Of a DNA stretch of 64,000 nucleotides, positions 44,032 through 55,136 are shown piece by piece (within the stretch, counting starts at the first letter, position 1; each line of letters begins with the position of its first letter). Where the stretch lies: the NCBI GenBank assembly GCA_024346625.1, contig AP024665.1, forward strand, positions 1,798,001-1,862,000, given 5' to 3'. The translations under genes were made by a program, and so were the position numbers. The notes under the pieces were generated by a model. The model was not told the origin of the DNA and did not search any database. It worked only from the letters and a program-made list of their open reading frames with translations. Origin of the DNA: Williopsis jadinii. Taxonomy: Eukaryota.

Positions 44032-44640
44032 ATGACTGAGATTACACCACAAGTAAATGCCACATGTCTGGACCTTCTCATCAACGAGATGGTTCCATTG
44101 GCGATAAGAACAACCCGGGAGCTGAAACAGTCATACGAACAGGCCATAGAATCGCTGGTACCGCAGATCTCGATAAAGGATGAGGATACAGGCGACGTTG
44201 AGATTCTGAACTCAGAACTACTACACAGTGAAGACGTCACTCATAAATTAGAAAACTGTGGATACAGCATAGGTATAAGACTGTTGGAGGTGCTGATATA
44301 CAAGGACTCCCAGAATGAGATATTGAAGAACCTGGAGTTGTTGAACATTATGAAGTTCATCTGCCGCGATGTATGGAGAGAGCTGTATGGTAAACAGATG
44401 GATAACTTACGCACAAACCATAGGGGCACATTTGTTCTCATCGACAATGCCTTCAAGACCTTCCAGAGGTTTGATTCCCCAGTGGATCTCCAAGACACAA
44501 TCTATAAATGTAAGCCGTACCTGTGGATTTCCTCTGGAATCATCCGTGGTGTTTTGAAAAGCTTTGGGGTTGATAGCCTGATAACTCCAGAAATCACCAA
44601 GTTTCCCATGGTGAGCTTCAACATACAGACAAATGTTTGA
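44032..44640 (+). CDS. TRS33: TRAPP complex subunit Trs33
   Basis: KLENCGYSIG, MKFICRDVWRELYGKQMDNLRTNHRGTFVL; first ATG at 44032. Confidence 0.92.
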   Translation: MTEITPQVNATCLDLLINEMVPLAIRTTRELKQSYEQAIESLVPQISIKDEDTGDVEILNSELLHSEDVTHKLENCGYSIGIRLLEVLIYKDSQNEILKNLELLNIMKFICRDVWRELYGKQMDNLRTNHRGTFVLIDNAFKTFQRFDSPVDLQDTIYKCKPYLWISSGIIRGVLKSFGVDSLITPEITKFPMVSFNIQTNV

Positions 44641-44690
44641 TTAAATGGAAAAAAAAAATATGATATTATGGACTGTCATGTCATGTCATG

Positions 44691-47063
44691 TTATTTATGT
44701 ACCAATTTAGATGCAAATTTCTTACCAGCATTAGTGAATTTTTCCTTCAATGTGCTTTTCTTCATAGTTGAAGTAAATTGGTTATGCTTGCCTTCATCGT
44801 CGTTCTCCTCTTCATCGTCTTCACGAAGGCGTTTCTCAACCGTTACGCCATTGGTCAAATATGATAGATTTCTTGTCTCGTTGAAGATTGCCGTTTGAAC
44901 TTCAGAATCTTCAGCATCCAAAGGCTCAGTGAGTATCTCCTGTCTTGTGATCATATCCTCGTAGTCTTCGTCATCATCAACTTGTTCTCCTCTGTTATCT
45001 CCCATTTGGGGTTTGTTAACTATGTCGATCAGGTCCTTACCGGAGCTGACATCCTCAATCGTCTCCAACACTGTTTGATAATTAGAAACAACGTAATTGG
45101 CCAGCAATTTGAAATTCTTCTTATCACCACCCTTCTCTATGCCCATGAGAATGATCTCCAAAAGATCTAAAACAGTGGAATACGCCAAATCTGGAACAAA
45201 TTGTGATTCTTGGAATAACTCAAACACATTTTGCAACAGGTCATTAGAAATGATATATCTAATGTAATATTCATCATTCAGCATAATGATAAATTTTAAG
45301 CATCTGACAGCTGAAAGTTTCAATTGTAATTTATGCCTAGGTTTGACCAGAGTTGAAATCCCCTTAAGGATATGGTTTTCCATAAAGAAGGATCTCGATA
45401 ATACTTTATCCTTTGAGCAGAAACTCATGAGGTCAAACAAATACATGTACATATCCTCTTTGCAGTCAGTAACCACCTTTGTTTCATTCTCTGCGGCTTG
45501 GATCAAAGGTTCAAACAGCTTTGGTGAAACTTCCTTGTAGAATGCCATGAAATATTGTGTTGTGTTGAGATTTCTATCACTGTCTTGATCACCAAATATT
45601 GCAGAAGAAGACGTGCTAGCAGGATCCAATAATGATCTGAGAGCTTCAAAAGCTTGCATTCTTAGACCAGGATCGTTGTCCTCCAAGAGGAATTTAGTCA
45701 ATACCTGGAAAAGTGTCATATCGTCAGATAAGGTGATAACTCTAGAAGTTTTCGAAGTTAATTGATCGTCTCGTTCATCTTCATAACTCTCGCTGCTAAA
45801 GGCACCATTATCATTCTCCTCACTTAGAGTTGTCTCTTCAAACCCTTGTTCGTCAGGTCCGTTAACCAGTAAAACGTCATGTTCAATTATTGACACGATT
45901 AATTCCGTTCCTTGTACTCTCACTTCCAAGGAATCATCCTTCAAGACAAAATCAATTGTCTTGAATAAGCCTTTCCTTATCAAACTTTTGTAAAAACGAG
46001 TTTTTTGCTTTGTAGGTAGATTCTTTGCAATTAACACAAATTGATGTAACAGTTTTATTCCATCCCTCTTTATGTCAACTTCGTAATGTTGCGATTCGTC
46101 ATATTTCTGCAATAACAAATCGATGAAATCACCACTCTCCAAGAACCGAATCACTTCGATATGGTTAAAATGTATTAGGGTCGAGATCACATTGAATGAT
46201 GGATCGTCCAATAGTCTGGCTAATACGACATCCTTGAGGAATTGCAATCTGAAAGTTCTCTTGATCAAATTCTTCATCTTTTCATCCTTTACAGGTAAAA
46301 CTTCCTTAAAGCTGGATTCATCTTGAAGATAGCTTCTATGATTTGCCTTCAACGTTGGGAAATCAGGGTCGTACTCCAAGATCCCAACAACCCCCATCAT
46401 ATTCTTATCGTCCAGTATCATCTCAATGGTTAAGGACTCGTTAGACACTATGAGTGTCTTTACGATATTGCACAAGAGATGAAGATTTTTAATCTTACGA
46501 TTTGCCTCATTTTGGTGGAATAACAACACCAGTTTGTGAATATAATCCTGATCTTGGATGAAGCTTGAAATCACCTGTCTTTGGAACGCGCTGTTGGGGT
46601 TCTCGTTAAAGCAGTTGAAGATCGTCAACAGGTCATCAGAGCTGGGATCTTCTGGAGGTAAATTCACGGGTCCTACAATCAGCTCCGTTATATCGCCATC
46701 TTGTGAATCTCCGTTCCCTGATATCACACTAACCAATGAGATCTTAGGCGCAAGCCTTGAAGTGAAGACGTGTACTATGAAATCGCACATCTTCGAACAG
46801 CCTTCCTTTTCCTGAAACGACAGCGCTATGCTCTGACCTTCAGCTGTGGTCCACACAATCAACGTATCCTGTTGTCGTTGGAACTGGATCGTTCCTTCGA
46901 TAGCCGCCTTAAGTAGTTGTTCAGTTTGATCAAGCTCGTTCCGTACAACGAGACACGGCGGCTCATCGTCATACACCTCTCCAAAGCAATAACCCGTGCC
47001 GTTATCCTCCCAAACATCAGACAAAAAGTACACCTTCACACGGTGAAACTGATCTTGCCTCAT
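44691..47063 (-). CDS. PSY2: PP4 regulatory subunit 3 (SMK-1 / EVH1-like)
   Basis: RVKVY...WEDNGTG, FQRQQDTLIVW, ALSFQE, VGILEYDPDFP, TFRLQFLKDVVLAR. Confidence 0.93.
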   Translation of the reverse strand: MRQDQFHRVKVYFLSDVWEDNGTGYCFGEVYDDEPPCLVVRNELDQTEQLLKAAIEGTIQFQRQQDTLIVWTTAEGQSIALSFQEKEGCSKMCDFIVHVFTSRLAPKISLVSVISGNGDSQDGDITELIVGPVNLPPEDPSSDDLLTIFNCFNENPNSAFQRQVISSFIQDQDYIHKLVLLFHQNEANRKIKNLHLLCNIVKTLIVSNESLTIEMILDDKNMMGVVGILEYDPDFPTLKANHRSYLQDESSFKEVLPVKDEKMKNLIKRTFRLQFLKDVVLARLLDDPSFNVISTLIHFNHIEVIRFLESGDFIDLLLQKYDESQHYEVDIKRDGIKLLHQFVLIAKNLPTKQKTRFYKSLIRKGLFKTIDFVLKDDSLEVRVQGTELIVSIIEHDVLLVNGPDEQGFEETTLSEENDNGAFSSESYEDERDDQLTSKTSRVITLSDDMTLFQVLTKFLLEDNDPGLRMQAFEALRSLLDPASTSSSAIFGDQDSDRNLNTTQYFMAFYKEVSPKLFEPLIQAAENETKVVTDCKEDMYMYLFDLMSFCSKDKVLSRSFFMENHILKGISTLVKPRHKLQLKLSAVRCLKFIIMLNDEYYIRYIISNDLLQNVFELFQESQFVPDLAYSTVLDLLEIILMGIEKGGDKKNFKLLANYVVSNYQTVLETIEDVSSGKDLIDIVNKPQMGDNRGEQVDDDEDYEDMITRQEILTEPLDAEDSEVQTAIFNETRNLSYLTNGVTVEKRLREDDEEENDDEGKHNQFTSTMKKSTLKEKFTNAGKKFASKLVHK

Positions 47064-47324
47064 ATTCCACTGGGTACTTCAGAGCCGCTATGTGGTGCTA
47101 CGTTGCAAAGGAGTAGTTAGGCAGGATCTCTGTTTGTTTGTTTACAGCGGTTTGTTGATTTATTGTTTTTCTTTGCCTGACCTTTTTTTGTGTTTGTGTC
47201 TGTTGAGTGTTTTTTTCTTTGACGCTTTTGTCCTACAAAGTTGCGCCTAAATGTCTTGGTGGCTCCGCGTAATTGTCCATGTCTTCTCCCAACAGGGACT
47301 TCATCGACATGGACATTTCTTGAT

Positions 47325-48078
47325 TCATAACTTATTTAACTTAACTATCTGATCGTATCCCTTATAACCAAAATCGTCAATGCCAAACTTCTTTGCAAAC
47401 TCCTTGCCGATGAATCTACCTCCTACGTACTGTGTAGTCTTGTCATCGAGGAAGTTCACAACGGGTTTTGGTGCAGTCAAGCTGATGAGAACCTCTGGTT
47501 GTTTGATTCCACCTTCTACAAACCCACGATCAACGTCCCAGCCAGAGGGGATATCAACGGAGAGCACTGGAATATCCGTGGCGTTGATGGTGTTGATGAT
47601 GCCGTCAAACGGTGGGCGGATAGAGCCGGACTGGAAGGAAAAGCCAAAAATGGCATCGATGATGAGTTGGAATTGCGATATGGAGCTCGAGTCTAGCTCC
47701 TGGATGAACTCCACGTCCAGGTTGCGTAGTTGAGTCTCCAGGTTCAAGAAAAGCTGTTTAGATGAAGGTCTTGGGTAATAAATCGATGGGTTAAACCCCC
47801 ATAGTTTCAAATGGCGTGCAGCAACAAGCCCATCTCCACCATTGTTGCCTGGCCCAACAACAACGAGTACTTTCTTCAACAGAGGGAACGAGTCATACGT
47901 GGCTTGCGCCACTGACAACCCAGCAAGCTCCATCTACGTGCAAAACGCGGTTAGTATTACTTGTCCATATTGAGAGGAGAGCCCTTCATACTAATTGGTC
48001 GATGGAGAACCCACCGGTACTCATCAGCTCCTTATCAACCTGCTGTGCAAGCTTAGCAGTCAAAACTTTGTAACTCAT
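47325..48078 (-). CDS. NNR1: NAD(P)H-hydrate epimerase (YjeF-N), two exons: 48078-47992 and 47933-47325
   Basis: GFSIDQL|MELAGLSVAQA, GPGNNGGDGLVAARHL, DAIFGFSF, SVDIPSGWDV; 58-nt intron 47934-47991 (GTATGA...TACTAAC...TAG). Confidence 0.93.
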
Positions 48079-48875
48079 TGTACTTGATATTCACTCAGAG
48101 AGATTTCCAAGACTTATCCAACGCTCATGGAAGGATCAAAGTGGAATAAAAGGAAAGGAATTGTCCCACCATTGTTTCGTTTGGTGGGGCAGTATATGGT
48201 AACCTTAAATTCTTATGTAAGCAACCCTGTCTTCGTGGCACTTCGGGAAGTCACGTGATACAAGCCTTGTTTTTCGCCAACACTGCACTTTTGCTCCTGC
48301 AGGCCAGATGTATAACCTCATCGACTCCGAGACACTTCTCATATACCACGGTCTCTGTTAAGCAACTTTCGCCACTTATACATCATAACCTGTTGTGATA
48401 GAGGACGTACCAGTGCCTGTCTGGTCCAGGAGCCTGAGAGCTGAGAACCCCGGGGGAAAACGAGCGTACGTTACACGTCGTCTTGCGTACTCATGTTGGG
48501 ATATCCCGCGTTGATGCAGGTGAACCACCAGGTGATGCAACTGACGTGTTGCTATTTGAGAACTATTGTAGCTGGATAAAAAAAGGAAAGTGTAAACGTC
48601 GGATTAGCACTCAGCTGGTGTACATGTGTGTTGTGTGTTTTGATACATATATATTGTGCTTATTTGTTTGTTTCTTTTGTAAAGTAACGTGCAAGTCTCG
48701 TTCAAACCCCTGAGAGGTGGCTACTCTAGTTAAGTTATAAAAAGTTGTCATATTCGATCAATCCCATCTCGAATCAAACCCGCCTGTTACGTTAATTAGT
48801 GGCTGGACATATATATAACGGCCATCTGCTCAATTGTACGGCATTGATATCGGCACCGTGGTTAGATGATGCACT

Positions 48876-49901
48876 ATGGACCACCAAACACATGGCAGTA
48901 AAGATGAGCAGACGCGGAACGTCACCACAACGCCAATTCAGCAAAAAGCTGGCATCAAGTTGATCTTTATGAATTCAGATGACCGGAATGAACCCAACAA
49001 CCCTCAATTGGCTCCCATTGAAGCTCACCGAAGAACCAGTCAGAGTATTGCCATGGCACAAGAGGCGGCTCCGCAGACGCCTGTGGAAAATCCGGAGGAC
49101 CGTACCATGCAAATGGCACTAAGGGCCACCAGCGTTGAACTGCCAGCTCAGGAAAATGCTGTTGACTCGTTAAAGAGAACAAATGACGGCACTACCACTC
49201 CTGCGAAGGCCAAAAAATCGAGGAAATTGCAAGGTGTTGGTATCAAAAAGCCTCTGTATTCTAAATATGAGACACTGTTCATCATCAAAGCCTTCAAAGC
49301 CATTTCCGATCTGAGGCCCAACTTAGTGCTCGTTGACCTTTTCAAAGTCGTTGCAGAGTTGTACAACAAGGAGGCAAAAAAGCAAGGGTTCAAAGAGAGA
49401 ACCGGGGACCAATTGTATCAGAAGTATAAGAGAATCCAATATGGATTGAACCATGATGCCGAACTGGAATTTTTGGGTTATTTCAAAAGAAACAAGCACT
49501 GTCCGAAGGAATGGATCCCAGATTTCCAAGGACTGAGTGAAAATGACACTTTGAACTACATAATGCTGGACAATGTGGAAGAAACCATAGAAAGGATTTT
49601 GGGGACAGGTTCCTCGGGTGATGTCAAGCCACAACTCCAGCCAATAGATGACGTTGAGGAGAGAAATAACGATACCAATAGCTCGCTTGTGAAGGTGAAA
49701 CAAGAACCCAGATCCGAGGATATGCTTATTCACGATCTCAGAGCACAGATACAAATGCTCGAGGAGAGACTGCGTTCGAAGGATTACGAGATCTATGTCC
49801 TTCGAGAGGGAAACGTCCATAGAGACAATGAGATCTCTTTCCTCAAGACCATGCTAAAAGAGGAGATCTCGTATATAAGACATAAGTTAAATGAGCAATG
49901 A
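48876..49901 (+). CDS. Uncharacterised nuclear protein: NLS-like basic patch, Myb/SANT-like helical domain, C-terminal coiled coil
   Basis: 341-aa ORF; YSKYETLFIIKAF...VAELYNKE...RTGDQLYQKYKRI; heptad-rich LRAQIQMLEERL. Confidence 0.65.
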   Translation: MDHQTHGSKDEQTRNVTTTPIQQKAGIKLIFMNSDDRNEPNNPQLAPIEAHRRTSQSIAMAQEAAPQTPVENPEDRTMQMALRATSVELPAQENAVDSLKRTNDGTTTPAKAKKSRKLQGVGIKKPLYSKYETLFIIKAFKAISDLRPNLVLVDLFKVVAELYNKEAKKQGFKERTGDQLYQKYKRIQYGLNHDAELEFLGYFKRNKHCPKEWIPDFQGLSENDTLNYIMLDNVEETIERILGTGSSGDVKPQLQPIDDVEERNNDTNSSLVKVKQEPRSEDMLIHDLRAQIQMLEERLRSKDYEIYVLREGNVHRDNEISFLKTMLKEEISYIRHKLNEQ

Positions 49902-50100
49902 ATTATGACCCAACCCCGGCCTGATGAATAACCACGGCGACACCCACACGGAAAGCACCTACACCTCCAATGATCTTCACCTTGTTATTAGAAACGTTCA
50001 AAGCATACACTATTCTTAGATTTCCCAATCGGGCGTTTCGTTTTCGTTGGCGGACGGCACTTGCCCAAAGCGGAAGCCTCTGGCGTAAAAACACGCAAAA

Positions 50101-50150
50101 CGCGAAAAACGCGAAAATTTCGCCAACCCCTCGAAAACCAGCACGCGAAA
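50101..50150 (+). promoter_or_regulatory. Three CGCGAAA (SCB/MCB-like, SBF/MBF) cell-cycle boxes
   Basis: CGCGAAA at 50101, 50110 and 50144, upstream of the septin gene. Confidence 0.65.
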
Positions 50151-50279
50151 GCGCAAAAGTTGCGAACCTCGCAAATTGAAACTCGAAACATTTGCACAAA
50201 ACAACACATTGCGTCCTTCGCTAACGGTGCTAATCGCAATTGCAACATTGAGCAGGTGAATCAGCCAAAGACGAACGAA

Positions 50280-51734
50280 ATGACCGACTTGTTAAGATAC
50301 AAATCCGACCATAAGAGAGGTCTGAAGTACACGATCATGGTTGTTGGTCCCTCCGGTACCGGGAAAACCACGTTTGTCAATGCCCTGTTAGATACCCAGC
50401 TACTCCCCTTCAAGTACCAACCTCTCAGTACAATTACAAACGAGCCACAGGTGATGAGCTTTGTTGGCGGATCGAGCTACAGCTTTGACTCGAGAGAGTT
50501 CAATCCGAAGCAGGACTTCTCCGAGTTCACGATTGCCATTACGAAGTCGTCGATGGAGATTGTCGATGAGGACGGTGCGAAGATCCAGCTCTCCGTCGTT
50601 GACACCCCTGGATTTGGAGACAACGTTGATAATGAGATGTGTTTTGGAGAGATTGTGCAGTATCTGCAACAGCAGTTTGACCATGTGCTTGCAGAGGAGA
50701 CCAGAATCAGAAGAAACCCAAGGTTTGAAGACACCAGGGTACACATCTGCTTGTACTTTATCGAGCCAACTGGACACGGTCTTAGAGAATTAGATGTGGA
50801 GTGTATGAAGAAGTTGTCGAAATACGTCAACGTGCTGCCTGTTATCAGCAGAGCTGACTCGTTCACATCGCTGGAATTGGAGGCTTTTAAGAAGAACATC
50901 TTGTATGACATTGCAAAGTTCAGCATTCCCGTGTTCCAATTTGGGTATGACGAGGAAGAGGACGATGAGGAGGTTATCAAGGAGAATACGGAGCTGAAAT
51001 CCATACAACCATTTGCCATTATGGGCAGTAAGGAGAAACTTAACATCAATGGCCAGCTGAAATACGCTAGACAGTATCCATGGGGTGTCGTTGACGTTGA
51101 GACCGAATCTGACTTCAACAAGCTGAAGAACGTACTGTTTGGTTCACATTTGCAAGACTTTAAAGATCTGACGATGAACTTCTTGTACGAGAACTATAGA
51201 ACTGATAAGCTGTCATCGGTGACGGAGAGCGAATCCCAGCAATTCGACGCCGGCAACCCTTCTCTCTCCAACTTGGCTGCGTTGACTCTGGAGGACAGTA
51301 AGAGTGGTGGGTCTGGTGAAGTCAGCACACCATCTATGAAATCGACGAGCTCCTTCAAACCGGATGACCAAGGGTCCCCAATCAAGGAGATTGGCGAATC
51401 TATAAAACACGAGAACGAATCTATCATCAACAACATCAAGAATTCACCAAGGGTGCCTTATTCTCCGGACCCTTCAAGAAATAAGCTGAGGGTAATGAGC
51501 GAAACCGTTCCATATGTGTTGAAACATGAGAGTATCATCTCAAGACAACAAAGGCTACAAGAACTGGAGGAGAAGTCCGCACGAGAACTGGCCATCAGGG
51601 CAGCTGCTCTGGAGAAGAAAGCTGCTGAGTTGAAGAGAAGGGAAAAGATGCTGAAGAGCAGTGCATCGTTTACGAGTTTGAAGAAGGAGGACACAATGAC
51701 AGACTTATCTTCTGTTGTTAAACAAGAACAATGA
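50280..51734 (+). CDS. SHS1: Septin (Shs1/Sep7 type)
   Basis: GPSGTGKTTFVN, VDTPGFGD, EETRIRRNPRFEDTRVH, RQYPWG, SETVPYVL coiled-coil tail; near GCS1 as in S. cerevisiae. Confidence 0.88.
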   Translation: MTDLLRYKSDHKRGLKYTIMVVGPSGTGKTTFVNALLDTQLLPFKYQPLSTITNEPQVMSFVGGSSYSFDSREFNPKQDFSEFTIAITKSSMEIVDEDGAKIQLSVVDTPGFGDNVDNEMCFGEIVQYLQQQFDHVLAEETRIRRNPRFEDTRVHICLYFIEPTGHGLRELDVECMKKLSKYVNVLPVISRADSFTSLELEAFKKNILYDIAKFSIPVFQFGYDEEEDDEEVIKENTELKSIQPFAIMGSKEKLNINGQLKYARQYPWGVVDVETESDFNKLKNVLFGSHLQDFKDLTMNFLYENYRTDKLSSVTESESQQFDAGNPSLSNLAALTLEDSKSGGSGEVSTPSMKSTSSFKPDDQGSPIKEIGESIKHENESIINNIKNSPRVPYSPDPSRNKLRVMSETVPYVLKHESIISRQQRLQELEEKSARELAIRAAALEKKAAELKRREKMLKSSASFTSLKKEDTMTDLSSVVKQEQ

Positions 51735-51769
51735 TTTTATAAACAAAACATAGTGTGTGTAAAGTACAT

Positions 51770-52639
51770 TTACAGCTTTGGTGGTGCAAGGAGTCTCTTG
51801 GTAACGATCTCTGGGTACATATCCAGGATTGGAGACTGTCCTAGGTGCCATGCAGCACCATCAACAACCATCACATCACCGGAAATGTAGCTTGCTGCAT
51901 CACTAAACAGAAACACCGTTGCATTGGCAATGTCCTCTTTGAAGCCTGGTCTCTGCAGTGGGATTCTCTGCGTCAGTTCCTTCAACGACTTCCCGGCACT
52001 CAACCGATCGTAGCCTTCAGTATCCTGGATCAAACCTGGTGCGATGCAATTGGAACGGATTCCCAGGGGCCCCAGCTCCACAGCAAGTGCGTTTGAAAGG
52101 GCATCCACGCCGGCTTTCGCAGCACCAACGTGTAACTGGAATGGCACGCCAACATAGTGTAACGTGGTCGATACGAAGATGATCGAGCCCTTGTTCTTCA
52201 CCAACTGTGGGTAACACGCCTTGACCGTGTTAAAAGACCCCAGCAGGTCGATACTCACGACAGACTTGAACGCATTGGCTGACAGATTGTTGAAGTCAGA
52301 GATGAAATTACCAGCAGCACCACAGATGACATAGTCAATGCGTCCCAGCTCCTCAACCGTTCTCTCAACAGCCTTCACGATGCTGTGCACATCGCGCACG
52401 TCTGTTGCGCCCAACCCTAGCACTTTGGCACCAGGTCTCAGCTGGGAGATTTCGCTAGCAGCTGTCTCTGTTTTGGCAACGTTTCTACCAAGGATCGCTG
52501 CATTGGCACCCAGCAGAACCATCGCTTCCGTCTGAACACGGCAAATGGAGCCAGCTCCGCCAGTAACAAACACCACTTTCCCTTTGAAGATGTCCTTCTT
52601 GAACTGCGTTTTCGCTAAAAAGTCCTTGTCAATCGCCAT
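51770..52639 (-). CDS. SPS19: Peroxisomal 2,4-dienoyl-CoA reductase
   Basis: VFVTGGAGSICRVQTEA, GAAGNF, NAFKSVVSIDLLGS, HVGAAKAGVDAL; PTS1-like C-terminal PKL; ATG 52639. Confidence 0.93.
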   Translation of the reverse strand: MAIDKDFLAKTQFKKDIFKGKVVFVTGGAGSICRVQTEAMVLLGANAAILGRNVAKTETAASEISQLRPGAKVLGLGATDVRDVHSIVKAVERTVEELGRIDYVICGAAGNFISDFNNLSANAFKSVVSIDLLGSFNTVKACYPQLVKNKGSIIFVSTTLHYVGVPFQLHVGAAKAGVDALSNALAVELGPLGIRSNCIAPGLIQDTEGYDRLSAGKSLKELTQRIPLQRPGFKEDIANATVFLFSDAASYISGDVMVVDGAAWHLGQSPILDMYPEIVTKRLLAPPKL

Positions 52640-53147
52640 GTTTTTACCGTTTTTCTGTGCTGTGATGGCTGGAAGAGGAAGGAGAAGGGCGAAACGATGC
52701 AAATGACCTCTTTATATAACCCATTGATGGGCTTTCTGATTCCGTGGGTTAAATGACGGGCGCCATCGGTGGAGAGCGAAATTGTGGGGAAGAAAACACC
52801 CAGACACCAGAACATCCGAACACCAGAACATCCAGACACCTTTGCCCCTGCCAGTTTAACCCACGGAACATCCCGGCTCCTTATAGAAGCTCGTAATTGG
52901 AGCTGCATAGACTGCATCTTCAAATACAAACCGTTCCACCGTTGAGGCTTTGACACCGTTCAAATTGCAGCGTGAATTAATAATCACAGACTGCTCCACC
53001 GTTACAGTCGCACCGTGTTTGCCATTCGAGGCGTTTTCCAGGCAAGAGTTGTATAAATTGAGGCTCATCTCCTCACAAATCTCGATAATAGCAATCAACA
53101 TCTGATCCCACCCCTCATCACACATATTGATCCAAGAGAGAACAAAT

Positions 53148-53927
53148 ATGGGCTATCCAACTCCCTTGGTCGCTTTCAACAGACTGCTGTTCCCATCCAC
53201 GTTGATCTCTTCGACGAGATTCACCCGATTTGACAAGTTCAACTTTGGTAACAGAATGGCACTTATCCAAATACCAAATACCCAGGACGTTGTCGTTTGG
53301 AATTCACTTCCAATGGGCGAGGAGTTTGATAAAGCTCTGGAAATCTTGTCCAAGGACTCAAAACTCAACTTGTACGCTGCAATCATCCCAGATAAAGAGC
53401 ACACAATGGCTGCTGAGGGACTGAAGAAGAAGCACCCTGATATCCTCCTGATTGGACCATCTGGTATCACTGACAAGCCAAATCTCAAGCTCGACCATAC
53501 ATTCGAGGACTCTCAGGCCAACAAGGTGATTCCTGGTGCTTCAGTGGACCCTAAATTGGACAACTTCGACTTTGTATTCTTCAATGGACATGCAAACAGA
53601 GAAGTTGTCGTTGTGGATAAAACAACGAGAACTGCTTTCGAGGCAGATTTGCTCTTCAACATCCCTTCAAACGGTAAGAACTTTGACCAGTACGGAGAGG
53701 ACAACCAAAATGGTAACTTTTGGGGGTTCTTGACGTCAAGACTGAATCCAGAGTCTTCAACGGGTAGATTCCTACACCAAAGGTTGTTGAAAAAGACCCC
53801 GGAGTCCCTCCAGGGCTTGAAAGCTCTACTCTCGTTGGACTTTGATAACGTTGTCATGTCACACGGTGAGATTATCCAAGGTGACGGCAAAGCAGCTTTT
53901 AAAAAGATGTTCAAATCGTACTTGTAA
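53148..53927 (+). CDS. DUF4336-like / metallo-beta-lactamase-fold protein
   Basis: FTRF..FNFGNRMALI, IIPDKEHTM, HANREVV, EADLLFNIP, VVMSHGEII. Confidence 0.7.
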   Translation: MGYPTPLVAFNRLLFPSTLISSTRFTRFDKFNFGNRMALIQIPNTQDVVVWNSLPMGEEFDKALEILSKDSKLNLYAAIIPDKEHTMAAEGLKKKHPDILLIGPSGITDKPNLKLDHTFEDSQANKVIPGASVDPKLDNFDFVFFNGHANREVVVVDKTTRTAFEADLLFNIPSNGKNFDQYGEDNQNGNFWGFLTSRLNPESSTGRFLHQRLLKKTPESLQGLKALLSLDFDNVVMSHGEIIQGDGKAAFKKMFKSYL

Positions 53928-54008
53928 TTCAATTCACGTTTATCTAAGACAGAAAGTTCTACTTTAGAAGGGTACTATATCCAAAATTGTAGAAACACGG
54001 TACGCGGT

Positions 54009-55136
54009 TTAGAAATTATCCCATTGTTCCTCTTCTGGTTTAGTAACTTTCTTGCTGGATATACTTTGCAATTTGGTCTTTTGCTTTGGACGCTCTAATC
54101 CAAACGCAGGTTTAATTTCCTCGTTACTGTTCTCTTCACCCAATCCATCAAAGAGTTGGCCATATTTACCACCAGCATCGCCCCCTGCTTGGACTCCACT
54201 TACGCTCAACCTGTTGAACGCTTCGAATCCATATTGACTCGTTTCCTGGAACTTCTGACCAAATTGAGCAGCAGCTCTCTTGGCCTCTGCGCTCAATTCA
54301 CTAGACGTCAACTGTTGAATACCAGGTTTGACCACAGTTTCGTTCACCTCTTCCAGTGATTTCGACACGGTCGAGGAGAACAAGGACCACCCTTTGGAAA
54401 AAGTACCCATAGGATCCCTTTGGAAATTATCCATGGTGAATCCAGCAAGTGAGCCTCCACTAGACTGTGTAGGTTGTGGAGTGTTACCAAAACCTTGGAA
54501 CTTACCACCTTGTGACGGTGGTAAGTGATCTGGTCTTGAATCATTCTTAGCACCCAAATCAGCGAAGTAAGCCTCGTTTTGAGCCTTCTTATTAGCAGGC
54601 AACGAAGATGGGGTCCCCTTGCGTGATACGATCGGTGTGTTGTTCTTTGAGGTGGCAGCAGCAGATGCCGTGCTGTTTGTAGTTATCGATGCTGACCCAT
54701 TAGACGCGCTCTTTGCCTCATCCAATTTCAAATTGGAATAGTCTCTTGGAGTGAACTCCTTACCTTCAACCTCACATGTGAGTTTCTCCTTGTAATCTTC
54801 AGCAACGATGTTGTCAAACTTCACCTTTGGATCGCTCTTGAGATCAACACCGTTGGAAGAGAGGTAGCTGGCACACTTCTCATTACCGCCGAGCTCCATT
54901 CTCTTAACCTCTTCTGGCTTGAACTGATCCATGGTGATTGATCTCACAAAGGAGATGTGAACACCGAGTCCACGGTGGACACCAGCACACTCCAAACATA
55001 TGAAGATACCAAACTTTGGTGACGCCCATTGTGGGTTTGGAGCGTCACAGTCAAAGCAGCGCTTATTAGCACCGGTCTTTTGCAATTGAAGCAACTTCCG
55101 TCTCGTATCAGGGTCAACAGTCCAGTCACCAGCCAT
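54009..55136 (-). CDS. GCS1: ADP-ribosylation factor GTPase-activating protein
   Basis: [16 protein letters not shown]...[37 protein letters not shown]. Confidence 0.96.
   Translation of the reverse strand: MAGDWTVDPDTRRKLLQLQKTGANKRCFDCDAPNPQWASPKFGIFICLECAGVHRGLGVHISFVRSITMDQFKPEEVKRMELGGNEKCASYLSSNGVDLKSDPKVKFDNIVAEDYKEKLTCEVEGKEFTPRDYSNLKLDEAKSASNGSASITTNSTASAAATSKNNTPIVSRKGTPSSLPANKKAQNEAYFADLGAKNDSRPDHLPPSQGGKFQGFGNTPQPTQSSGGSLAGFTMDNFQRDPMGTFSKGWSLFSSTVSKSLEEVNETVVKPGIQQLTSSELSAEAKRAAAQFGQKFQETSQYGFEAFNRLSVSGVQAGGDAGGKYGQLFDGLGEENSNEEIKPAFGLERPKQKTKLQSISSKKVTKPEEEQWDNF

Noticed and set aside
50061..50279. N-terminal extension of the septin ORF
   Set aside because: Non-ATG start running through CGCGAAA promoter boxes; ATG 50280 fits Shs1
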